DNA from: Callorhinchus milii
Lineage: Eukaryota
Length of the DNA: 64,000 bases
Direction: 5' to 3'
NCBI RefSeq assembly: GCF_018977255.1
Contig: NW_024704743.1
Span: 108,316,001-108,380,000 of the forward strand
Shown: positions 49,555 through 61,469 of the stretch, one piece after another
How the letters are laid out: the number at the start of each line of letters is the position of its first letter
Numbering within the stretch: position 1 is the first letter of the stretch
The notes under the pieces: model-generated
Told to the model about the DNA's origin: nothing
The model's input: only the letters and a program-made list of their open reading frames with translations
The model's database searches: none
Translations under genes and position numbers: made by a program

Positions 49555-50109
49555 AATCTGAATCTGAACCTCAGGTAGTCTTTATTTCCTTTAAATTACA
49601 CAGCACTTTTTGTTGATTTAAGAGCGCAGAGATGCCGTCCGGTATGAAGGGGGCTATATAAATTCAAGTTGTTGTTGTTGAATTTTGCATTAGTGGTAGT
49701 ATCCAGCAGAAAGAACCCTTTTAGAATGCACATGATAATTTATCATTTTTGATTATAATATTTCTTACCTGTATATAGTCTTTCTTGAAACTGGCCATTA
49801 TGGTGAATTGGGTTTCTGCCTTATTCAAAAATCTCCTCAGTCTGTCAACAACAACAACTTGTATTTATATTGATGTGTGTGTGTGTAGCTCTGTGGTCTC
49901 TATAGATGGGGGCTGTGGCGCTCTGTGCCCTCTGTAGATAATAATAATAATAATAATCCTTGCATTTGATAACAGCGCCTTTTCACGACTTCAGGACGTC
50001 TCAAAGCACTTCACTGTAAAGTGAATAGACTGTATATTTTGTGGGTGAAACGCGGTAGCCAATTGCGCACAGCAGTGACCAATTTATTATTATTATTATT
50101 ATATATTTT

Positions 50110-50495
50110 GATAGATGGTGTACGCCTTCTATAGCTGTAGCTCAGTGGTTAGAGCACACACTTTGCCGCGAGAGACCTGGGTTCGATTCCCGGCCGGGTA
50201 ATTCCCAGTTGGGCAAGTTTCCTTACTCCACACGGCTCTGTTTACCCAACAGTAAGTAGGAACCCGGTTGTGACTCGATTGGTGGATCGCTTTTCCGGGA
50301 GCAATAATTCCTTCGAAAAAATAAGTTTGGTGCCTCAATCCACGACTGTTTGTGGGACACATCTGTGCCCAATCGGCCGCCGCGTTTCGCCCACAAAAGA
50401 TACAGTCAATTCACTTTACGGTATATTCTGTGAAGCGCTTTGAGACGTCTCAATGACACGGATAAGGCACTGCATCACGTCCAAGGATTATTATC
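50110..50495 (+). mobile_element. SINE, long type, CpG-rich, with a 5' leader; head-to-head with a truncated minus-strand SINE (49938-50100)
   Basis: A and B boxes, long-type middle and stem-loop tail directly upstream of the CpG island. Confidence 0.9.
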
Positions 50496-50499
50496 ACGA

Positions 50500-51235
50500 T
50501 TATAGAGAGGTGGATGTGCAGCTCTGCGGTCCCTCCAGATGGCGCTGTTGAGGAGTGGGGAACAGGTGGTACAGTGGAGCCCAGGGAGTGACAGCGCCCC
50601 CCGCAGGTGGCAGGTGGCAGGACCGGCTCCCCGCGCGGGGCTTGTCCTTCACGCACTGACGTCGCGGAACGGAAGGTCAGCGACTGCGAGCGGAAGTGAG
50701 TGCTGGAGCCGTCCGCCATTGTGTGCGCGGGTGCGAGAGCCGGCGGAGCAACCGACACGTAGCTGAGAGGCCGAGCCGGCGGGAGGGGGGCATCGAGCTG
50801 AACCGAGGTGACCGAGCAACGGCGAGCGGAGCCCGGGAACTAGTACCGACAGACGCAGCGCCGCCGCCTCCTGGGAAGTGACCGTCACTCGGGCCGCCGC
50901 CGCCAGGGTTCAAGCTGAGAAAAAGGCGGTGAGAGAGAGAGAGACAGAGACACACACACACACACACGGAGACCGAGAGAGAGAGAGAGCGCTCGAGCCC
51001 GTCTCTTTAATGAAGAATGTCCGCTACCAGCGTGGATCAGGTAATGGTCAATGAGCGGCGTGCAGACCCGGGGGGGAGGGGGAGGGAGGCCGGAGAGCCG
51101 GGGCTCGGGGCCGGGGCCAGGCCGGGGGACTCGGGCTGAGGCCTGAGGCCGCCGCTGGGGCCGGGGCACCAGGCGCCTCACAGGGCCGCGACTGGCGCGC
51201 TCTCCTCCCTCTCTCCCTCCCTCCCTCCCTTTTTT

Positions 51236-51273
<38 letters not shown>

Positions 51274-51420
51274 TCCGTCTCGTAGATATTTCCTGTGGCT
51301 TTTTGTTAACGCGTGAATCAGATTTTTTTTCGATTCGCCGAAATTGATTTAAAACCCGTTAACGGCCGACGCCGAATTCCACGCGGTGCCGACTGACCGA
51401 CGGGTGTTTTCTTCTGGTTT
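50500..51420 (+). promoter_or_regulatory. CpG-island promoter and 5' UTR of YTHDF3
   Basis: High GC and CpG density against a CpG-poor background; CRE-like TGACGTCG (50657), ETS CGGAAGTG (50691), YY1-like CCGCCATT (50713), CTCF-like motifs (50532, 50600); (GA)n(CA)n microsatellite at about 50931-50989. Confidence 0.85.
51017..51040 (+). CDS. YTHDF3: YTHDF3 coding exon 1 (MSATSVDQ)
   Basis: aagaATGTCCGCTACCAGCGTGGATCAG|GTAATG inside the CpG island. Confidence 0.93.
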
Positions 51421-51518
51421 TTTTTGTGTATTTTTTTTGGTACTCCCCCCCCCCACCCCCTCCCTCCCTCCTCCCTTTTTTTTTCTCTTCTTGTTTTTAA
51501 ACACGATACTACCAACAG

Positions 51519-51543
51519 AGACCGAAAGGACAGGGGAGTAAAG
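51519..51543 (+). CDS. YTHDF3: YTHDF3 coding exon 2 (RPKGQGSK-V)
   Basis: 25-nt exon; caacag acceptor after a pyrimidine tract, AAG|GTGAGT donor. Confidence 0.93.
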
Positions 51544-53587
51544 GTGAGTTGGTACCTTACTCATTCTGTTCAGTTTCCTACAGATGGGTGTACTGCCCAA
51601 TCTGAATTTACTGAGAATTGAGAGGGTCTGAATTTCTTGACTTCCTTGATTTAATTATTTTTTGATGTATTATCTAAGGGTTTTTTCGGGGGGTGGGTGG
51701 GGGGAGGGGGGGGGGTATTTGATCTTTATTGGATAATACGGATGTATTGATTTATATCGATTTTTCACATCATTTGAAATGCGAGAAGGTGAACAGCCTG
51801 AAGTTGTATGGTTTGATCTCAAGCTAAAACGACTCGTCTCAGTTTACCTACTTGGGCAGATTTCACTTACACTGGCTTGTCTTCGTTACTCTTGTCAAAT
51901 ATGTGGCCTTGTTCGTGAAAAATGTTTGGCAAAACATTTGTTGACAAACGTCGGCATGAATTGCATCAACAGTGTTTAATCTTGTCGCTTGTGTTATGAT
52001 AACTTGTGATTTCTGACTCTTGCTTCTTAAATGGAAGGAATTGTCAAATCATTTTCATTTGACCGGTTAAAGGTGGACTCTTTTGCTCTGACTCAGAGGG
52101 TTAACAACAATGTCAGTAATCTAAATTGCTAGAAGATATTTATTTATATTGTAGTGCAATTGGAATTAGCAATGTATCAGGGAAAATATTTTGGGGGTAA
52201 TCTTTATGTCATCTTGCCTCTCCTGTTTCCAGCTGAAGCATATTGGATTGCACATTTCCAGTCATGGCTACTGCTGTCCATGTTCTCAGAGATTTACCTT
52301 TTCATCAACACCTAACTTGTAACTTAAAATACAGCGGGAATAATTTGGCTTTAAGATTTAACAGGTCTAATCGTAATTCTGGAGTTGCATATTTTGTTCT
52401 ATTCAGTGATACCATAAGAAAATAGTTTTGCTTATCTGTGTTTTTGCTTCGTAGTAAGAGTGTAAGAATGCATTTAGCTAGTTTGCATTGTTTGTACTGT
52501 ACTCATTTACTCAGCCCTGTTTGTAGACTGTTGTTTATTGACCAGTGTTTTGAAGCTCAAATGGTTGAGCATTTCTTGATGCAAAACACAAAGTTTTTTT
52601 TTAGCTGTTCTGCAGCATGGAGTCAAATTTTCATTCTGTATTATCCATATGTTTCTAATTTTACAACCTTAGACAGTAAAACAAAGCGTTCTAGTATGGA
52701 AAATTATTTCTATTGTTTGCCTCATATTTGGCTAGTTGACTGTAGAGTGATATCTTAGGTAAATTCAGCCAAAGTTCTGTCCAATGACTTCACCTGTTAC
52801 AGCAACAATTTACAGCTGGGATGTAATCCTCTACTGGAGAGACTCATAATTTTTTAATGCAAATTTATTTGGACTGAACCTAGAATTTTGTGGTCATCAA
52901 TTACATATTTCTCGTAAACGTTGGTAATATCATCAATCCTTGATTATCATGCCTCAAAGAACTCCATGTAAGTAATGTCAAAATGCTTCACAATATTTGA
53001 CAGGACAAAATGCCCCGCTCCCCCATCACCTCATGGAATTGAAACCATGTGTATGTGTTGCATGCATACAGTATATTGTAAATATCAAGAATGATTTATT
53101 GACACTGTTAATCTTTTTGCGTGGGCTCATGTTCAGAGATTACTATGTTCATTTTATTTGTGTGGTTTATGATTCTATAGTTTGATTAGATTACTGGCTT
53201 GGAATTTACCAGGTATTCCTTTCTATCTGATTGGCTTTTGGTTTGATATGTTAGAACGGTGAGTGTCATTCTGAGTCCTGTCGAGGCACTTGGGCTCACT
53301 ACCTGGAGATTTGATTTATTACGAGTATGCATTGATCTGTTCTTGTACATTGTTCATAAATACTTGTATCATGTGAGACATCTGTCCTCATTTATGCCGC
53401 TTTTGAGTAAAGAGAAGTTGTTGCATATTACAATTTCTGAACTGCTTTGAGACATTTTAGGCTCTTAAAAAACTGTAGGTTCTCATATCTCTCTCTTCCC
53501 TTACTATCCCAAAAGGAAGTTTGAAGATTTTTAAATGTGATTGCATTGTTTTTGGGAATGTTCTCTGATTGTGGTTTTTAATTACAG

Positions 53588-53667
53588 TTCAAAACGGTTC
53601 GATGCATCAGAAGGACGCAGTGAATGATGACGATTTTGAACCTTATCTAAGCAGTCAGACAAATCAG
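53588..53667 (+). CDS. YTHDF3: YTHDF3 coding exon 3 ([27 protein letters not shown])
   Basis: DDDFEPYL motif; attacag acceptor, CAG|GTAAGT donor. Confidence 0.96.
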
Positions 53668-55021
53668 GTAAGTCACGTCCACCTGTTTTTGCCAATTTTC
53701 TATCATTACCACCTTCCCCCCACTTCACCCACATTATTATTTTTAGGGTTGCTGATTTTCGGCCTTTTATTAAAAAAAACGGTTTTACCCTTTTGTTTTT
53801 TTGGTGGCGGGTTTAGCAATCCCTTTGATTACAAAAATAGCTGACTTTTATTTTGCGATGTCGCCTTCTAGGTATGACGTCAATGGCTATCGCGAAAGTT
53901 TGCTATTTTGAGTTCAAGACAATAAAATAAGCAAAATTAAATGAATGATGGGAATTCATTTTCCTCAATTTGAAAAGCTGACAAATACCTATACCAAGAA
54001 AAGTAGAAAATTAATTTTCATTTGTGATCCTAGAAGGTGAGTGATGGAAGTCTATTTGACCAATGAAGGGCTTTACAGCTTAGCTTATTTTTTTTTCATG
54101 TTTATATTGACATACATAATTCCAGCTACGATCTTTTGAGAGGATCGTTGGTGATTTTTCTTTCGCTTTCCGCCCTGTATCCAAGTGATGTTAAGGCCAA
54201 TTGTATTGTTGCAATTGCTAACTCAAGACAACTAATTAAAGTTGGAACCTTGCAGTCTGTTAAATAGTATTATGGAAGCAGGAAGCTTAAGCCAGTAGGG
54301 CCTTGGGGAATAAAGTAATTTAATCTTCAAACAATTCTATCAATGAAAACTGAAAATGTATGTGCAATTTTTTTTTAAATGCTGCTTCCCTGTCTTCCTG
54401 TTCAGAAATTTCCTCATTACTCTTTGAAAAGAGTATGGAGTTTCTGCCAGTGTCCTAGCCAATAGTCTCACAGATTTTTTTTCAAAAAATCCATTCATTC
54501 CTTTTCCTTAACGAAAGATGTTAAGACGAAGCCCTGTCTGCTTGTTCAGGTGGACGTTAAAGATCGCATGATACTATTCGAAAACAAGTGAGATTTTCCC
54601 CATTTTCCCAGCCAACAATCCCTAAAAATAAAATTGGTCACTCACTTCATAGCTTTTTGTGGAACATTGCTGTGGGGAAATTGGCTACAAAACATACAAC
54701 AACAAATTGCATTTGTTTCGCACCTTTCACATTAGGAGGTTGTCCCGAGGTGCTAGACAGTCAGGGATCCGCACCCGAGCTAGTGTTTGGGATCAGGAGC
54801 GGTGGAGAGTGGGGAGGGTAGGTGTAGGAGAAATTTACAGTATATCCTACAAAGAAATGTCCTGACATGAAAGATGGTTTTATTATGGCTGTTTTGGGCC
54901 ATAAAATTAAATAACTCAGTACACTTTACAGAAAACTCTTGAAGTACTTTGAGACTTTTTGACATTCAGGTCATATGTAAGGATTATTATTTTATCAATC
55001 TTCAAAACGAGACCATAAATC

Positions 55022-55440
55022 TATAGTGCAGCTTGTTATAATGGGCTTTACTATAGCACAAATTCACTTAACACCCTTGCAGTTGTTTATTACGAATGTG
55101 CAATTTGCACTAAAATGGCAGACTCGGTTTATTAGGCTGCTGTCGATGTCACTTCATATGTGCAGCAAAGCAGGATGTGACACTCCTAGAGACCCAATGG
55201 CCTGGAGGTCTGACACTTCAGCTTCCTGTGTGACAAATAGTTGTCAGGTTGTTGATTTTATCTTATCACGGAAAATGAGCGTGACATTGGGTAACCTAGG
55301 AGTCTCCCAATTTTTTTCCCCTGTCGGAATTTGTCAATTGCGTGCATGTACAGTGAACCCCCGCTGTAGTGGCTCACTATACAGTGCAGGTTGAGATTTT
55401 ATGGATCCCAAATAACACATTCATTATAATGGGTTCACCC
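55022..55440 (+). mobile_element. Possible decayed Tc1/pogo (Tigger-like) remnants
   Basis: TA-CAGTGAACCCCCGCT terminus-like motif at about 55349 and a related degraded motif at 55022; no partner TIR identified. Confidence 0.3.
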
Positions 55441-56219
55441 TGCTTTTTGTATAGAACAGACGACTTTGGATTTTGTCAGGAACAACCTTCCTTGCTATAC
55501 ATTGCCAATATTAATCAGAATTAAGTCTTTCTTTATTTTGTGATAAACTGCATCTATTTTAAAGGTTTATTTTTAAGCAAACAACTACCCATTGTTTACC
55601 TCAGAAATTGGTTATTTGGATTATTTGTACTGCTGGCATGTAAGGATCTTTTAGCAGCTGGAATATAATAACTTACATTGTGCTTTTCATGTAAAATAAA
55701 CATCCTGAACCACTTTACAAAATAAAATTAATGAGAAATTACTGAACGTTAGTTTATAGGCAAATGCAGCCAGCAATGTCCCATAAACCAAAGAAATGAG
55801 TAGCCAATTGATTTGAATTCGGGGACAGATAGAGGAGGAGGGAATAAAACCAGTAGATAGATTCAATTCGTGACTTTGAAACAATTGTACTTGTGTGAGT
55901 TTTAGAATATGCATTTTTCAGGCAGGGTGGAGGAGAGAGGAGGAAGAAGAGAAGTAGAAAATGAGGACTGAATTCTGTGCCAAGAATATCTGATCCTGCA
56001 GTTAATTTGCTGCTTTCCTACCATCACTATCTCTACCATCCATGGCAAACTGGTGATGCAAATGAGCTGCTACCAGACATGATTTTATGGTGCCTCCTCC
56101 AGCAGTGCTGTGTGCAGTAGCAGTGTACAGGGCAATCATGTTAAAATATAGTGGTCTGGTCCATCAAACTAGTGCAAAAATTGCAGATGTGACTAATGTG
56201 TACTACTAGACAGTTTGTC

Positions 56220-56955
56220 TGGGTGTCTTGTTTGACCCTGAACTGTCCTTTCTCCCCCACATCCGCGTCATGACCGGCACTGCCTACCACCACCTCCGCA
56301 ATATTGCCAGACTCCGCCACTGCCTCACCCCTCAGGCTACCGAAATCCTCACCCACGCATTCGTCACCTTGAGGCTTGATTACGGGAACTCCCTCCTCAT
56401 CGGCCTTCCCAACTCTTCCTTTCACAAGCTGCAGATCAGCCAAAACTCTGCAGCTCGTGTACTCTCATGCCCCAGGCTCCGTGACCCCATCACTCCCACC
56501 CTCACCCGACTTCACTGGCTCCCCATCCCCCAGAGGATCGAGTTCAAGATCCTCGTCATCATCTTTAAGGCCATCCATGGCCTTGCCCCCTCCTACCTCT
56601 CTGACCTGCTAAGTCCCTACCAAACTGCCCACTCCCTCCATTCATCGGGCTCCGGCCTGCTCCATGTCTCCTGCCTACCATCTGTGGCTGTGCTTTTAGC
56701 CTCTCTGCCCCCACACTCTGGAACTCCATTCCAAGGTCCCTTCGCCTCGCTTCCTCCCTTGTCTCCTTCAAGGCCGGTCTCAAGACCCTTCTTTTCGACC
56801 GTGCCATTGGTCTCCCTCCCACCTCTGTGTCTTCCCTCACCCCTACACCAACTCTCCCCTATGCTCGGGCCCTGACACCTGACTGTTCAGCGCTTTGGGA
56901 TGTTCTCCCGATGTGAAAGGCGCTCTATAAGTGTAATTTTGTTGTTGTTGTTGTT
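56220..56955 (+). mobile_element. L2 LINE 3' fragment, YTHDF3 intron 3
   Basis: ORF 56228..56875 ([33 protein letters not shown]); stem-loop and (GTT)n tail. Confidence 0.92.
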
Positions 56956-59837
56956 TATGAGGAGTGTGCGTGCACATACAGTAGCTTGTTTTGGCAGACA
57001 AAACAGACTATGGTAAAGACAATTATGGTCCACCTGGGCATTCCCCAAATTTGCAAAGTGTACAATCTTATGCCCTCAATTCCCTTTCCAAAATTCTATT
57101 CAATTTCCTATGGAACAGCACTATCCACTATCTTTCCTGCAAGGTCTGTTTCGTATTTCAGAACAGTTTGTGTAAAATATATAAATAATTAAAATATATG
57201 TTGACCTGCTCTCTTTGAGCTCAGGTCAATTGTGCAAACCGTCAGCTTTTGGAGTATACTTTTGTGCCAAACTTTTACATACTCAGCAATTTACAGGATG
57301 TCCTGCCATAGGACATAATTTGGGGTTCATGAAATGTTATATATTATTATAAGGAATGACTGTAACTGATTTAATGCTGCTTAATGGAAGTAGTGTGACA
57401 TATCAAAGAGATGATCTCACACCATTTCTGCTCTGTACTAGCTGTAGCATAAGTAACCACTAAAAACAGTTCAGAAGTGAACCACTGCAATTTCCTTGTA
57501 TTTTTGTTGTTTGTGAGAGGCAAACAAACCAGCTTTGTTTTGCTGTTATTTAGATGGTATTTTAGTAATAAAAAATCTTTGCATTTGATATAATAGCTAT
57601 AACATTAGCATCTGAAAGCGCTTCACAAATAATTGGTGTAAGGTTTTCGAGTACTCTATGATCAACAATTTGTGTTAAGATTAGTGCAATGTAGATTTTG
57701 CTAATTTAGTGACTTGTACTAAAAATTCCAATTGCCACTGAGCCTTTTGTACAGTAAAACCATAAGTGTCCTTCAGAAACTCCTTGAAAATAAATAAGGA
57801 TTAACTTTTTTTGTTTCAGGAAAGTAAACGCTAATGAGGGAACAGTAATTATTTGTAAAGTACTTGTCTAATTCTGTTCATATTTCCATAACAAACCTAT
57901 ATTTTATTTGGTGCTGTATACCATACAAATCCTGTTTTTGTGCAAAACAGCACCTCAACTGGAAATCTTCATCTAGTACATTATAGATCCAATCAACCTG
58001 TCCAGCTAAGCAAGCGAGTACAGAAATATAATTGCCGAAAACACGATCATGTGCCCAGAACAATTAAGCTAGCTGCTGTGAACATATACACCTGCTTTCT
58101 TGCATGGTTAGATTGTCTGGATCTGCAATACAGGTTTAAACTTTTATACACTTTTTTAAAAAAAAGTTAATAGAAAGGGTGACCGATTACAATAAAGAAG
58201 CTCCCTTGAATTTATAGCTCTTTATAAGTACCAAAAAAACATAAACGATCTTTGCAGGTTTTGCAATCAATTTATGAAAGTAATGGTATTCTTTCTTAAG
58301 TCCAAATCAATCTGAATTGCTAATGGTTGCAAATAATTGCTGTAAGTTTTTTGCTTCTTTTGGCGGCACTAAGATTCACCTGTTGTGATCATTAAGGAAC
58401 CCACTCTAAGTAATAAAAAGGCTAACTTTATATAAACTTATCCAAAAGGCAAAGTGGGTAAAAGCCAATATGCAACATTGACAGTGCAAGAATTTAATCT
58501 GGGCTGATGTTATCGTAATTTCTATTAGGAAATTGGTCCACCTCTGTTGCAGTCCTTATGTGCACAAATTGGCTGTCACCCCCAAAATTCAGTCACTCCA
58601 TTTTAAGTATGTCCTGTGAACGCCTTGAGATGTCCTTCCAATTTAAAAGAAGCTATGCTAAAATGTAATGAATATTATTTTATCTTGCTTAACCATCCAG
58701 TTTCCCCAAAGATTCAGTTGACATCTAATAGTCCTGAATTATTTTAATGTTAATTTCTTTTAATTTATATTTATGTTGTTTCTTGTTGAAACCCTTTATA
58801 GCTCTTTGTTCCATACACGTATGAGTGGCATATCTATATAGAAATCAGTGCTCAGTCACTCCTAAGCATGTGTTGGACACCTGGCTGACCAAATAAAAGC
58901 TCCATATTTGATCCCTGCTAATTTGTGGTAATTTGTTCCACATGGGTCTCGTTATTTTATGAATAGAAATTCTCTTTTCCCCCCCCTTTTTTAAACTTGT
59001 GTTTGATTTCTTATTCTTGAATTTTCAAAATGGAGTGACTTATTTGCAGTCAAATTTTCTGAATTCTTGATGATTTTAGACACCAAGTCCTTTCAAGTGA
59101 GTTCTTGGGTAGCTGATCCTTCCTTGTATTGCTATTCCCCATAGTTTTGCTGTAGTCCTCCATTGCAGTTTCTCTTACAACAAGGTATAATTTTTGAAAT
59201 GGGGAGACCAGAACTGCTTGTCATATTGAAGAAGGCCAGGTATAATTTTTAAAAACTCCTCAAAATGTATTTTACCTGCATAGCTATGTGCCCACATATT
59301 GCTTTCATAATTCCCTGGCAACACGGTCCACCAAAAAGTAAGGCGATAGCACAGAAGACACTCCATTCAACCCATTATATATTTTCCTTTCTTTGCCTAA
59401 ATTAATCATGGTATAAGTTGCTGTATCCAAAGGTAAATCACTGTATAGCTGTAAATTGTATTGTTTTTAAGAGTAGACTTTGGACTTTTTCTGCCTGATT
59501 ATGAAAGCTACAGTTTTAGTTGAGTATAGTTGGTCAAGTAAAGCGACCAGCAGTTGGTACATTCTTGATCAAATATGCAGTTTTAGGAGGAAGAATCACA
59601 AAACCTTTTTCTGATTTTTTTTTCGTGATAAGTATTACCTCATTTTATACACATGTACACAAACTTGCATTTTTAATAAAATTGATGGTACTCAAGTTAG
59701 TGTTGAATAGATATAAGCATTGACTTGTGCTTGCAATGAATTAAAAACCCTCCAGTTACATTAAAACAAGTTAAATATACCTGTGCATATTGGAATTTTC
59801 GCCTAATTTCCTGAATTCATTTAATAATTAATAAATC

Positions 59838-60215
59838 AGCAACAACAACCACTACTTGGATTCATATAGCACTATCCACGCCAGACGGCATCTCAGAGTG
59901 CTTCACAGTAACGGATCCCGGGGCCGAGCCAGGGGGAGGGGAGGAAGGTGACCAAAGTCGCGGTCGAAAAGAAAGGTCTTCAGCAGAGACCTGAAAATAG
60001 GAAGAGAGGGGGCGAGGCGAAGGAAGTGAGGAAGGGAGTTCCAGAGCCTCGGGGCATAGTGGCTGAAGGCATGGCCGCCGAGGGTGGAGCGGAGGACTCG
60101 GGGGACGAGGAGGAGGCCAGACCCAGAGGAACGAAGGCAACGGGCACTGTTTTGAGGAAGTCAGAAGGGTAGGGGGAGTGCAGAGGAGTGGAGGGATTCG
60201 AGCGAAGTGAATTCA
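59838..60215 (-). mobile_element. L2 3' fragment, YTHDF3 intron 3
   Basis: L2-type tail and 3' ORF2 remnants. Confidence 0.75.
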
Positions 60216-61469
60216 AGAAAACAAATCCACTAGACCTATGTTGTAAATTTTAAATGGTGTCAGTTTCCCATATAATATTATTTTTATAGCTCGATAAATC
60301 TTAAAACTGGTTAGTAATACATTTTTGACACTTCTAGGATCAATAGTTCTCAAACCTACTTTCCACTCCTTTGGAATCTGTCATTAAAATATTTACAGGC
60401 TTTAATTTCCAGCCACAAAATTGAAAGGTTGGCCTGACGTTTCCAGAAATGTGGGCAGGTCAACATTTGATAGTTTGAGTGCTTGAAAAAGCCACCTTTG
60501 ATTTTAGGAACTTTCACATATTAGAAAAATGGAAGAGCAGTGAATGGTGGTGGGAGGGCGCTTGCCCCAGAGCAGAAGCACTGAAACTTTCCTTTAAAAT
60601 TCTAATGTGTTGATTTATTTAGATCGGGTTAGCATAATTCCTGAAACGTTTCAGCTCAAATATTCAAGTGACTCGATGAATAAGTTATTAACGAATAAAC
60701 CAGTTTTAAAGTTGATTGATGCCATCCTATTAAGATTCCTTGTACGGAGTTCTGACTGGATCAGTTGAATTTTAACATGACAGACTCTGAGCCTGTGGGG
60801 AATTCGGTAGAGAAATTTGAAGTGTGGGTTTCAAGTTCTGCTATTTGTTGCTCTCTAGTATATTAGTAGAATCATACCACTTGTTCGGTTTCTCAAAGGT
60901 AACCTCAGAGGTATCAATGCTCTTTTGGCAGAGGGTCAAAAGAACTATCAGGGTGTTCTATACACAGAAATTTACCACAGGACTACATTTGAGTTATAGT
61001 GTTTTATAATTGTATTGTATACAATTCAAAATATGTATTTAATTGTTTGCAGTCTGACAAGTAATTAATTGTTGCATAGTAAGTACTTGACTACCAAACC
61101 TAGGACTGTATTGGCACTCTTAATGCAAGATCTCTTCCTCGCTTTGCTCAGTGGATTGGTGTTTAGTGCAGTGTCGAGTTGGGGCAGTTGCTGATTGTTG
61201 GAAAATGTTACATTTCCATTCGGAGGCAAACACGCCAACGTATCCAGCCCGAAGGTTGATTTTATCTAGCCTGAGACCATTTCCAACATTCCAACTTTCT
61301 CTACCTCCCTGATAAACATCCTCCCATGGCAGCGGCAGGAGCCAGGGTTTGGGAGGACGCAGAGATTAAAAATGTCGGCTGTTGTTGTGGTCTTTCAGGA
61401 AACCAAGCGAGTCTCTTATCAACCGTGTCCTTAGAACGGCACTGCAGATAGTGAATCGCACAGCTGATT

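Noticed and set aside
50450..51181. Several ORFs across the CpG island
   Set aside because: Expected in GC-rich DNA with few stop codons; no recognisable domains.
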